Virus record (IMG/VR): IMGVR_UViG_3300017734_000004
Coordinates: 1 to 62,357 of that record
Source: a virus
Taxonomy: Duplodnaviria; Caudoviricetes
Strand: one strand, 5' to 3'
DNA: 62,357 bases
A program made the position numbers and the translations under genes. Positions 26,705 to 36,395 of the stretch are shown here, piece after piece (the first letter of the stretch is position 1; every line of letters starts with the position of its first letter). A model generated the notes under the pieces. That model saw only the letters and a program-made list of their open reading frames with translations. It ran no database searches and was not told the origin of the DNA.

Positions 26705-28003
26705 ATGAAATTTTTTCTGTTTAGCATATCTAATGTATCGCTGGCGAGCACAAGAAACTCGGACAGCGGCATTGGCATTAGCTCTATAGCTATCCCTGCT
26801 AACAAGCTCTCAAACATCACGGCCACCAAAGGCTTTGTCAACATGACGTTTGATGATGCGGGCGTGTATGATGAGTCCTTTATGAATGTGGGGGAGGCTA
26901 TCGAAAAAGTAAATATCTCCGTAGCTGCAGCAGAATCTCGTGAGGTCAATCTGATCGAAGACATTTTGAACTTCATCTCTTCGGAAGAGCGTCAGTTTGT
27001 GATGAGGTTTGATGCTGTAAACAATGTGTCTAACATGCGGTTCTCAGATGTAAGCTCATCCTCCAACCTCATAGCCAAGGTCTCTACTGCGCCTATCAAT
27101 ATGGAAACGGGAAGGCTGTCTGTTGGCACAACAGAGGAGGAGTTCCAAGACACGATTGCTGGCATCAACTTCAGAGGCAACTTACCATCCCTTGACTTTA
27201 ACCATGAAGGATTGTCTGGCTTTGCAGATGGCGCAGAGATTACGTCGTGGTCTAATGATGGCACTCTAGGTTCAACTCATAGCATAGTGGCTAATTCTGG
27301 AACGCCAAAGTGCGAAACATCTGCTGCTACAAGCAACCTGTCTAAGAACTCTGCTGACATTGGTGTCTCAGCCGTTGGTGCTCACTTTATCGTACCAAAT
27401 GCATTTACTGTAACGGATGATTACACAATCTATTGTGTCATTGGTCAAGCCATTCCAGTCATGTGTCTCTATGGTGATGCTGCTGGGCAGACTGTTGGGT
27501 TTGGTGGATCGTATCCAGCGGGCACAGACTTAACTCTTAGTAGCGTCGTTGACAAAAGAAATTCTTTTTCTGTAAGGCATAGCGGTATAGATGGTGCTGT
27601 AGCTTCAGTGCAAACAAACAACGAAGACAGTGGCACCTTGTCATACAAGTGGCCGAAAGCTCAGATCGCACAGCAAGTTGTTGCGGACTACGATGCAGAA
27701 GTTTTCATCATTAGACGAGACAAGAGCTTCAATATGATCTTGCACAACAGGGATGGAGATATTATTGGGTTCATACCTGCTAAGACTAAAGCCCAAGACG
27801 AGAATCTTACTAAGGATTCTTCCGCAAGAACAGATGGAAACCTTTTGATTGAGAGACTAGGCACAGTGAAAGATATTATCTCTGTTGCTGGGGGCCGTGG
27901 CTTTAGAGGCTACGTCGCTAGGTTTGGCGTAATACCTCAAGACATTGGCGTTACCAAAGCCAGAATACTTGCAGAAGACTTATTTAAATTTTACAAATCT
28001 TAA
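26705..28003 (+). CDS. Post-capsid paralogue 6 (divergent) fused to a LamG-like domain
   Basis: KFFLF...AIPANKL; DGAEITSW, DYTIYCV, FRGYVARF. Confidence 0.6.
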   Translation: MKFFLFSISNVSLASTRNSDSGIGISSIAIPANKLSNITATKGFVNMTFDDAGVYDESFMNVGEAIEKVNISVAAAESREVNLIEDILNFISSEERQFVMRFDAVNNVSNMRFSDVSSSSNLIAKVSTAPINMETGRLSVGTTEEEFQDTIAGINFRGNLPSLDFNHEGLSGFADGAEITSWSNDGTLGSTHSIVANSGTPKCETSAATSNLSKNSADIGVSAVGAHFIVPNAFTVTDDYTIYCVIGQAIPVMCLYGDAAGQTVGFGGSYPAGTDLTLSSVVDKRNSFSVRHSGIDGAVASVQTNNEDSGTLSYKWPKAQIAQQVVADYDAEVFIIRRDKSFNMILHNRDGDIIGFIPAKTKAQDENLTKDSSARTDGNLLIERLGTVKDIISVAGGRGFRGYVARFGVIPQDIGVTKARILAEDLFKFYKS

Positions 28004-28014
28004 TTCATTTCAAT

Positions 28015-28857
28015 ATGGAAACTAAAACAAAAAGGTCCCCTGGACGACCCAAGGTCCAGAAGCCAGTCTCAGTTCAACCCGTTGTAGATACGCCCAAACC
28101 CAAGGCGGCTGCAAAAAGAACTATCAAAAGAAAAGAACAGGTTGATACTGCCGTAGAATATGAAATCACCAAGGGTGGTGGTGTAGTTTTTATGCTCCCT
28201 CAAAAGGGAGTCACTATTTACGACAAAGAAAACGACACAGTTCGGGAGATTAGATATTGTCCAAACGAACCTTCGATCTATAGAGATGAGCAATCAGAAA
28301 ATGCAGTGCGTAAATCTGTTGCGTTTACCTCTGGGCGATTGTTTGTTCCAAAAGAAAAGCCAAACCTCAAGAAGTTTCTTGATCTTCATCCGCTGAATAA
28401 GGCGAACGGCGGAAAGGTTTTTGCTCTGGTAAACAAAACAAGAGATGCCGCGCAAGAGCTGCAGCGAGAGTTTGCTGTGTCTGATGCCGTGTCTATTGTA
28501 AGAGACAGAGACATCAACGATCTATTGGCTATTGCTCTGTACTACGGCCTTGACATCAACGCCAATACATCTGAGATTAGATACAACTTGTTGAGAATTG
28601 CCAAGTCCAAGCCTATTGAGTTTATGCAGTCGCTGGATTCTCCAGAGGTTACATGTCGATCAACAATTAGACAGGCTAGTGATTATCAAATTATTGTTTT
28701 GAGAAACAATGGAGTCTACTGGTTTGATGCCAACACGCTTATCGTGTCAGTGCCTGTGGGTCAAGACCCTACAGATACGATGGTAAGATTCTGTTTGACA
28801 GAGAAGGGTGCATCAACACTTGGCTTGATTGAAGAGAAGCTTGACAAGCTTGGATAA
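28015..28857 (+). CDS. Conserved head-region protein
   Basis: EIRYCPNEPSIY.DEQ, G.L.VPKE...L..FL..HP.N. Confidence 0.7.
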   Translation: METKTKRSPGRPKVQKPVSVQPVVDTPKPKAAAKRTIKRKEQVDTAVEYEITKGGGVVFMLPQKGVTIYDKENDTVREIRYCPNEPSIYRDEQSENAVRKSVAFTSGRLFVPKEKPNLKKFLDLHPLNKANGGKVFALVNKTRDAAQELQREFAVSDAVSIVRDRDINDLLAIALYYGLDINANTSEIRYNLLRIAKSKPIEFMQSLDSPEVTCRSTIRQASDYQIIVLRNNGVYWFDANTLIVSVPVGQDPTDTMVRFCLTEKGASTLGLIEEKLDKLG

Positions 28858-28879
28858 TTCTGTATTACCTTTGTGAAAG

Positions 28880-28904
28880 AGCCGCCTGAAAGGGCGGCTT
28901 TTTT
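28880..28904 (+). terminator. Intrinsic terminator
   Basis: GC-rich AGCCGCC / GGCGGCT stem followed by a T-tract. Confidence 0.8.
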
Positions 28905-28910
28905 ATTGCT

Positions 28911-28918
28911 TATATTTG
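28911..28918 (+). promoter_or_regulatory. Bacteroidota -7 box, probably leaderless
   Basis: TATATTTG, 4 nt before the ATG. Confidence 0.6.
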
Positions 28919-28922
28919 CTGT

Positions 28923-29702
28923 ATGATCAACATTATTGATGTGTATAACGCCGTTAGAGACCTTTGCAACAAGGATCAGCGGGGCTTTGTCACGCCCGAA
29001 GTATTCAGCACGTTTGCTGGCATTGCACAGCAGAACATCTTTAATGAGATGTTTCAAGAGTTGCTCGTGGCAAACAGGGCGAGAAAGCAAGGCATCGACC
29101 CTGCACGCGACAAGTCTTTATACAAGCATGTAGAAGAAGACCTGTCTTACTTCATTGCTACAAGAGACCTTAGCGACGATGTCCCAGAGGATTACTACGA
29201 AGATGAGGAGGACGGCACGATCATAAACCCAGCGAATCTAGGTGCAAGTGTCTTTAGCAAACCATCGGATCTTGCTAGAATCATTAGCATTCACAGAACG
29301 GGCACGACTATTCAGGTGAGTATTGTTTACAACCCTGAGCTAAAAGAAAGAATCCTTGGGAGCTACCTGTCTGCATCTAGTGGAAACTACCCTATGGCTT
29401 TCGTTGAAACAAACAGCATTACGATCTATCCAAACGTCGTAAACTCTGTCACCCTCAGGTATTACAGGCAGCCTGCATCGCGTCAGCTTGGAGCTGGTAT
29501 AGACCTAAGCTCTACCCCTGTCTATGTAGAGATGGTTGCTGGCGCTGACATCATCGTGCCAGACCCGATCAACTCCAGGCACTTTGAGCTCCCTGGTCAC
29601 TACAAGAATGAAGTTATCATGGAGATCGCCAAGATGATTGGCATTAGATTAAGAGACAATTACCTTTCTGGATTTGCAATCGCAGAAGAAAAAGCTGAAT
29701 AA
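28923..29702 (+). CDS. Head-tail adaptor / ring protein
   Basis: VY..V..L.NKDQRGF.TP..F, LRYYRQP, FELP. Confidence 0.7.
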   Translation: MINIIDVYNAVRDLCNKDQRGFVTPEVFSTFAGIAQQNIFNEMFQELLVANRARKQGIDPARDKSLYKHVEEDLSYFIATRDLSDDVPEDYYEDEEDGTIINPANLGASVFSKPSDLARIISIHRTGTTIQVSIVYNPELKERILGSYLSASSGNYPMAFVETNSITIYPNVVNSVTLRYYRQPASRQLGAGIDLSSTPVYVEMVAGADIIVPDPINSRHFELPGHYKNEVIMEIAKMIGIRLRDNYLSGFAIAEEKAE

Positions 29703-30619
29703 TGGCACTTGAAGACGTCGTATACAATGGCTTAAGAGTTGATGCCACAGAAAGCACTGAGGCCATGAACTATTTGCCTCTGTTCCAGGTTATTGCAGAC
29801 TACATTATTACTATGGATGGTGACGACTACACCAGCAATGTGTCAGACGTAGCTATTCAAAACATCGCTATGCGCGGCATTAGAGAGCTGGGGTTTGATG
29901 TAACCTCTCGCGTCCGCTCTCTTAAGCGATCGGTAGAATCAAACAACACTGTCATCTTGCCAGAGGATTTTGTGGACATCGTCAAGCTTGGCGTGGTAGA
30001 TGGCGATGGTGTCATCAGAGTTTTTAAGCAAAACAAAAACCTTAACTATTCTAGAAAGAATAAGGTCAATACTGACAGTGGTGGGAATCTCGTAGGCACT
30101 GGTGACACCTCTGATCAGTACAACTTAAGCCCACATCCACTTGCACCCAACAGACTTCCAGACAGAGAAGACGACAAGGGCGCAACCAGCTCTTCAACAC
30201 CAGACAGCGGTGATTTAGACTTCTACGTTTTTGAAAACTACCTGTACCAGGGTGGGCTTGGAAGGCTTTACGGATTGGGTGGTGGTCACGGACCAGGAGA
30301 ATACAGAATTAATCTTGATCAAAACAGAATTGAGATTGCCACGGATTCTCAGACAACAGACGTGGTGATTGAATACATTGCCGACCAGGCAAGAACAGCC
30401 AATCCTGTTGTCCACGTGTATGCAGAGGAAGCCTTGCGGTGCTACATCTACTACAAGTTGTGCGAGAGAAAGTCTACTGTGCCCCAGGGTGAGAAGATGA
30501 GAGCTCGCGCTGAATATTACAACGAGAGAAGAAAGGCTAAGGCTAGAATGTCAGGCTTCAGCAAAGAAGAAGCGCTGCACACCATTCGCAAGAACTTCAA
30601 GCAAGCACCTAAGTATTAA
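29702..30619 (+). CDS. Tail tubular / ring protein
   Basis: RGIREL.FD, LPEDFV..VK, IEYIAD, EEAL..YI.Y. Confidence 0.7.
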   Translation: MALEDVVYNGLRVDATESTEAMNYLPLFQVIADYIITMDGDDYTSNVSDVAIQNIAMRGIRELGFDVTSRVRSLKRSVESNNTVILPEDFVDIVKLGVVDGDGVIRVFKQNKNLNYSRKNKVNTDSGGNLVGTGDTSDQYNLSPHPLAPNRLPDREDDKGATSSSTPDSGDLDFYVFENYLYQGGLGRLYGLGGGHGPGEYRINLDQNRIEIATDSQTTDVVIEYIADQARTANPVVHVYAEEALRCYIYYKLCERKSTVPQGEKMRARAEYYNERRKAKARMSGFSKEEALHTIRKNFKQAPKY

Positions 30620-33600
30620 TGATTGATAAGGTCATACCCCAAAGGCTTAACTCTGACGTAGATTCAAGGTTTCGCCCATCAACCGATATGATTGATGCGC
30701 TGAACATTGCGTTTCAAGAGAGTTACAATTCTGACGCTGGGGCAGCTGGCAATGGCGCATCAAATAATTTCTCAGGCGATGCAGGGGTAATCAAGCCCAT
30801 GCCGTCAAACAAAGACATTGAGGCCATTACGGGTATGACCTCCCTGATTGACAACAGCACAAATGTCAGGGTGATTGGATCTGTGTCCGACGAGGTCTAC
30901 AACGTAATCTACTTCTTCGCCTGGTCAGACAATGTTGATCAAATGGGTGTGTATGCATGGGATCAAGACAAAGTCTTGCCTGGTACTCACGGTGCTGGTG
31001 ATTACGTCAAGGTATATGCATCACCAAAGTTTGACTTCCCCAGCGACGGATTTGTCAAAGGAGACGTAGTACATGTAGGTCAGCGTAAAAATGTTGATGA
31101 CGAGGATAGAGTCCGAAATGTAATTCTATACTTTACTGACAACAAAAACGAACCAAGGAAGCTGAACATCTACGATGTGATGGAGGCAAACCTTGGAAGC
31201 TACAATGACATCGACATCTTGGACATGATCACCGCATGCCCAAGGACTCCACTGACTCCTATCTCGTTTGAATTTGATTTTGATCCAGCAAGAGCTACTT
31301 CAAATTTCACGAGCCTACCTGGTTTGCAGTTTGCTTATCAGCATGTTTACTCAGACAACGTAGAGAGCGCCCTGTCTACATACTCAAAGCTTGCTGTGCC
31401 TCCAGCCTACTTAGCTCTAGGTCAGGTTACAGGCAGCGTGAATCTTCAGAACAGGTGTGTGCTAACAATACCAAGGGGCTCTAGAGAGGTTGACCGAATC
31501 CGTGTTTTAGTTAGGTATGGAAACCTTGGCTTGTGGAGGCTTATTGATGAGCTCAAGGAGTTGCCAGCAACAGACAGTGTAGAGTACAACTTCTACAATG
31601 ACCGCATCCTTATTCCTGTGTCAGAGAACACAACAGGCATGCCATACAGCAACTTGCCTAGGATTGCACAAGCACAAAGCGTGGTCTCTGACAGGCTCTT
31701 GTACGGAAACTATGTAGAGAGCTACCCAGAGGTTGAAGCGTCTGCAAACATTGACCCCGTCTACAATGGCACACCTCGTCAAGGTGATGTAATTGAGATT
31801 GATGTTGTGCCTGTGATAAATCAGCTTTATGCAAGGTCAGATAGTGAGAGCACTACCACTGAGCGCATCTACAAAAATCTTGGAACAAATAGGGTTGCTG
31901 GATATCAGATTAATCTTGATGGTGTTCCGCAAGACTTTTTGGAAGCGGGAACAATTATACAGGTAGACTTCACTACTGAGCCTGATAATAATTTTCACTT
32001 CTATAACCAACACAACTCGTACCACGCAAGCAGAGAGAATGGCTTTTATGGTGGCGAGAACAATGCTACTGGTGCAGACCTTGACAATGTCAACGATGCC
32101 TTAGTTGATGTAATTGCATCGGGCGATAGTGCTGGTGACTTTGTTGACAACGTAAATCAATACAGCAGGGGTCGCCAATACTTTGGAAAAAATCAAGGCG
32201 TTAAGTTTATTGACGGCCTAAACAAGTGGAAGTACCAGGGATGGGGTAGTAATGCTTTGCCGTATGGTGATGTCTTGGGATTCGAGAATGGCGGAACTGT
32301 AGATGTTGAATATGGCACCTCTGCTGCCAACCCATTTATCTTGGAGTCTAAGCCTTTGCGCTTTGCCGTTACGTTTAAAACGATGTACGACACGGATGGC
32401 CCAAGAGTTCTGGTGCAGCAGGCTTTGTACCACTACCTCACAGGGGCCCCGATGCCTGTGAATAGCGAGAGCCAAGCATTCGCATCTATTGATGAGCTGC
32501 CAGACCCCGTAGATACTGCGTCTTATGAGATTAATTTGCTTCTTGACAACCAAGACACCATCAACGCGCAATCTGGCAACGACTACAGGAAGCATTTGAT
32601 TGTTGGGTTAACGACTCCCTCAGGGTCACCTTCTAATACAGACGAACCAATTGGTTTTTTCATTGTCAACGAGGCCAAGGTAGAGATGAAGCTGAAGGCC
32701 TTCACATACATGGAGGACCAGTATGACACAGACCCAGGGTCAGCAAACTGCTATCTTGGTCTGGATCTAAGCAGTCTGACTGATGTCGATGTGATGACGT
32801 GCGTGCCTTATGTGCCCGTGGGTCAGAAAATTGCCATGAAGATTAGGAGCGGACCTTTTAACGTCGATAACCCATGGTATGGTGTAGGCCCAGCAAACAT
32901 TGTCAATGGCAATATCGCATATTGGACTGTGTTTTCTCGTGAAATTATGCGAGACTCTATTCCCGAAGACCTCAATATTTATGATACGGGCGACGCAATC
33001 AGCTGGCTTGGACCTGTAGAATACACCGAGAGCGGGGGTGTTAATGATGCGATTATGGGGGATGACACGAGGAATATGTATTTCTTCACCACCGTTCCTC
33101 AATACGCGTCAGTCTTTGCAGAACAAAGTTTAGCCTCGGGCAACGATTTCGCGGGTTCAGGGATTGACCCAGTTCAAAATTTAGGGCTGGCGATGTGCCC
33201 CGCAAACTTTAACAACCCTCGAGGCCAATACTGTCTTGGCTATATGCTTGATAGTGGTGAAACTTTTGCAGAGCCAATAAAACTGATTAATACCAGCGAT
33301 GAAATTTATGACTATGCCGAAAGCGAGCTCAATGTAATTGGCTCAACGCTTGTCAATGAGTGCGCTGTCTTTTCGTTAGTTGATGGCGAGGGTGGCCCAG
33401 GCTTTACCAAGAACAGAACTGGTGTTGGAGAGTTTGTTTCTTGGGGAAGCATCTCCCCATACGTCCTATTCAAAGGCGACATCCACAATCGTTGGGTCAT
33501 CAACGTACAGGAACTGCCCTATACAGGGTACGTTCCCAACCCTATTGGAGCAGGCTCTATTGCTGCTGCCCTAGACCTTAGCGATAGCGACCCAGGCGAC

Positions 33601-36384
33601 ACCCCAGCTATCGGTCAAGAAGATGACGGATGGACTAAGAGCAAGGGCTTCCTCAAGAGCTACAGAAACCTTGACATTAACACCCCATACAACTCTGTAG
33701 ATAGGGATTATTTCCAGGGCGCTACAGCCGACCTCACATATGATCACCCCATTCCCGATACGGTGAATACGTGGATTGAGATCACCGTGCTGTCAACATA
33801 CATCAGCGGAATTACTGGGCTCTATTACCCTCGGTCGTTTAAAACAAATGCCAATCACGATTTTGGAATTGTGTACTATGACCAGAGGGGCAGGTCAGGA
33901 AACGTCAACTACTTAGGAAACACGTTTGTTAGAGGCTATAGCAATGCTGACAGGGGTCTCGATGCTAAGGGTAGAGTTGATGTGCTGTTAAATCTGACCA
34001 GCAACCCACCTGACTGGGCAACTCAGTATCAGATTGTATACAGCCCGAACAGCACTGTTGGGGACTTTGTGCAGTACACCACGGGTCCTGCATTTGTGGC
34101 AACAGTCGCAGAAACAGACCCATCGGCTGGCAATGAGGCCTTGATCTATGTGAATCTAGGTCACCTTCAGGGGGTAAATAATGTTTCTTACAGCCATGCC
34201 TTTGGTGCCGTCAACAATGATGGCGGAAAAGATTTGTACACTCATCAGCAAGGCGACAGGCTGCGCATCTTGTACTACACAGAGTCCGATGGTGACGATC
34301 TGGTGTATCCAAGAGAGTATGTCTTTGATATTGTTGATGTCGTTACGCTTACTAGGAATAGGGTCGATAACATTTTGTACAATGAAGGGACTGCATCTAC
34401 AATATCTCCCGCAAAGTCTGGGCAGTTTCTTGTACTAAAGAACAATCCAAACGCCACTGGCTTTACATACACGGATGTTTTAAGCTCATACAATCAAGCG
34501 GATAGTACTCAAGATGTAGATGGTGCAACTGCAATCAACTATTGGAACAACAGGACTGTCGTTGAGATATTTACTCCAAAGAAAGTTCAAGACTTTGACC
34601 AAAGGTTTTACTACGAGATTGGAGAGAAGTATGACGTAACTGTCACAAGCCAAGGAAATCCATTGCATTCTCAATCATCAATCCTTTTGAAGGATGGGGA
34701 TGTCTGGTGGAGAAGGGTGCCTGTCAACCTTCAAGAATACGATGAAGATTCAAGTCGATTCCTTACTTTGTTTTCTGCAGCAGGTACTGGGCAGCAAGAT
34801 GAAGATGAAAGCCTTCCAGCTTTTAACACTCAGGTGTTGGAAACTATGGCGTTTACAGATGTAATCCCTGGATGCAAGACGCTGGACTGGGGTAAGCCTA
34901 AGGTTATTGTGCCAGGGTCTCAGTCTTTGTACAAGAGATCGTCTTTGACGTACTCAGAAAAGAACGACTACGCATCTAGAGCAAACAAGTACACCATCTT
35001 CAATGCTCCGTCACTGAACTTCAAGGACTTACCCAACGAGTACGGAGCAATCAACTACATCCTTAACGACTACGACAATGCTGTGGTTATCCAGGAAGAT
35101 AAGGCCAGCTCTATTCCAGTAAACAGAAACATCATCTCTACTGCAGGGGGCCAACAGTCTCTCGTTGCATCTAAAGATGTGCTGGGTACTCAGAAGTTTT
35201 ATGCTGGTGACTACGGTGCTGACAACAACCCAGAGAGTGTTGTTAGAGCAGGTGAGGCTATCTACTTCGCTCACAAGGGCAGAAGAGAGGTATACAAGCT
35301 GACCAGAAATAAAGGACTAAAGGTTATCTCAAAGGCGAATATGAAGGCGCACTTTAACAATCTGTTTGTGCAAGCCATTGAGGCAGAAGCAAGGGGAGAC
35401 GGTAAGGTTCGTGTCGTGTCTGGATATGACCCTCTGCGAGATGAGTACATCATCTCAGTCCACAACATGAAGGACTACTCAAGCAGCGAAGCAAACTACA
35501 ACCAGCTTACTGGTGTGTTTGACGGCGTTGGCATCGTGATTGATGACTCTGATGAGGGAGGCGTATTTGAACCTGGTCCCGTGGTGCCAGTTGATTTTGA
35601 CGGAGATGGCAATATTATTATTCCAGGATGCACTAACTCGTTGGCTTCAAACTACAACCCCGAAGCCAACACCGACGACGGATCATGTGTCTTTGGACCA
35701 GCTCCTGATGATGACGACGGGGTTACAGAGATAATCCCTGGCTGCACATATCCCAATGCCACGAATTACGACCCGACAGCCACTGTTGACGACGGTTCTT
35801 GCATCTTCCCAGATGCCGATGATCCAATCAGTGACTTCGACTCTGCTCGTCCTGTCATCCAATTGATCCCTTCTGATGTCTTAGATTTTGGAACTGTTGA
35901 AACCACTGAATCAATACAAAAGCTACTTGTAATTAAAAATGTAGGTGAAGGTGTTTTGAGAATTACAGGGTTTGAGCTAGTTTCTCTTGTCACAAACAAC
36001 ATCCCAGCACGATTTTTATTGACTGGCCCAAATGCTAACCCAACTGGAGCGAACCCTATAGTAATTGAAAGCAATAGTCAAAAGGTAATACCAGTTGTTG
36101 TAACACCTACCGAACCTGGGTTTGACGTTTCTGCCAATCAAGATTTCATCCTTAGTGAGCTTAGAATCTCAAATAACGACGCTCCAAAAGACGTCTTGTT
36201 TTTGGCAAACTTTAAAAATGATGTCGTCAGGCCTGATGATGACGATCCCGTGAGACCTGATGATGGCGATCCAGTGAGACCTGATGATAGCGGACCAGTA
36301 AAACCAGACGACAATGAACCTGTTGGTCCGATTGGCAGTGTTATGGGGCTGGGCGTCAGCGGCAATAGCTTTGTTCCTGTATAA
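30619..36384 (+). CDS. Tail stabilisation (nozzle) protein with C-terminal Cys repeats, Ig-like domain and PDD repeats
   Basis: LN.DVD.R...IDALN, YFTDN.NEPRKLN, RLLYGNY.E, GIVYYD..GR, YG...NPES, GYDP...EY. Confidence 0.8.
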   Translation: MIDKVIPQRLNSDVDSRFRPSTDMIDALNIAFQESYNSDAGAAGNGASNNFSGDAGVIKPMPSNKDIEAITGMTSLIDNSTNVRVIGSVSDEVYNVIYFFAWSDNVDQMGVYAWDQDKVLPGTHGAGDYVKVYASPKFDFPSDGFVKGDVVHVGQRKNVDDEDRVRNVILYFTDNKNEPRKLNIYDVMEANLGSYNDIDILDMITACPRTPLTPISFEFDFDPARATSNFTSLPGLQFAYQHVYSDNVESALSTYSKLAVPPAYLALGQVTGSVNLQNRCVLTIPRGSREVDRIRVLVRYGNLGLWRLIDELKELPATDSVEYNFYNDRILIPVSENTTGMPYSNLPRIAQAQSVVSDRLLYGNYVESYPEVEASANIDPVYNGTPRQGDVIEIDVVPVINQLYARSDSESTTTERIYKNLGTNRVAGYQINLDGVPQDFLEAGTIIQVDFTTEPDNNFHFYNQHNSYHASRENGFYGGENNATGADLDNVNDALVDVIASGDSAGDFVDNVNQYSRGRQYFGKNQGVKFIDGLNKWKYQGWGSNALPYGDVLGFENGGTVDVEYGTSAANPFILESKPLRFAVTFKTMYDTDGPRVLVQQALYHYLTGAPMPVNSESQAFASIDELPDPVDTASYEINLLLDNQDTINAQSGNDYRKHLIVGLTTPSGSPSNTDEPIGFFIVNEAKVEMKLKAFTYMEDQYDTDPGSANCYLGLDLSSLTDVDVMTCVPYVPVGQKIAMKIRSGPFNVDNPWYGVGPANIVNGNIAYWTVFSREIMRDSIPEDLNIYDTGDAISWLGPVEYTESGGVNDAIMGDDTRNMYFFTTVPQYASVFAEQSLASGNDFAGSGIDPVQNLGLAMCPANFNNPRGQYCLGYMLDSGETFAEPIKLINTSDEIYDYAESELNVIGSTLVNECAVFSLVDGEGGPGFTKNRTGVGEFVSWGSISPYVLFKGDIHNRWVINVQELPYTGYVPNPIGAGSIAAALDLSDSDPGDTPAIGQEDDGWTKSKGFLKSYRNLDINTPYNSVDRDYFQGATADLTYDHPIPDTVNTWIEITVLSTYISGITGLYYPRSFKTNANHDFGIVYYDQRGRSGNVNYLGNTFVRGYSNADRGLDAKGRVDVLLNLTSNPPDWATQYQIVYSPNSTVGDFVQYTTGPAFVATVAETDPSAGNEALIYVNLGHLQGVNNVSYSHAFGAVNNDGGKDLYTHQQGDRLRILYYTESDGDDLVYPREYVFDIVDVVTLTRNRVDNILYNEGTASTISPAKSGQFLVLKNNPNATGFTYTDVLSSYNQADSTQDVDGATAINYWNNRTVVEIFTPKKVQDFDQRFYYEIGEKYDVTVTSQGNPLHSQSSILLKDGDVWWRRVPVNLQEYDEDSSRFLTLFSAAGTGQQDEDESLPAFNTQVLETMAFTDVIPGCKTLDWGKPKVIVPGSQSLYKRSSLTYSEKNDYASRANKYTIFNAPSLNFKDLPNEYGAINYILNDYDNAVVIQEDKASSIPVNRNIISTAGGQQSLVASKDVLGTQKFYAGDYGADNNPESVVRAGEAIYFAHKGRREVYKLTRNKGLKVISKANMKAHFNNLFVQAIEAEARGDGKVRVVSGYDPLRDEYIISVHNMKDYSSSEANYNQLTGVFDGVGIVIDDSDEGGVFEPGPVVPVDFDGDGNIIIPGCTNSLASNYNPEANTDDGSCVFGPAPDDDDGVTEIIPGCTYPNATNYDPTATVDDGSCIFPDADDPISDFDSARPVIQLIPSDVLDFGTVETTESIQKLLVIKNVGEGVLRITGFELVSLVTNNIPARFLLTGPNANPTGANPIVIESNSQKVIPVVVTPTEPGFDVSANQDFILSELRISNNDAPKDVLFLANFKNDVVRPDDDDPVRPDDGDPVRPDDSGPVKPDDNEPVGPIGSVMGLGVSGNSFVPV
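36226..36321 (+). repeat. Four 24-bp tandem coding repeats (V[RK]PDDxxP)
   Basis: VRPDDDDP VRPDDGDP VRPDDSGP VKPDDNEP. Confidence 0.85.
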
Positions 36385-36395
36385 AACGACGCACT

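Noticed and set aside
35593-35607. DFDGD motif suggesting a crAss-like virion RNA polymerase
   Set aside because: It lies in an acidic linker beside Cys repeats of the nozzle protein, with no polymerase context; it looks like a Ca2+-binding loop
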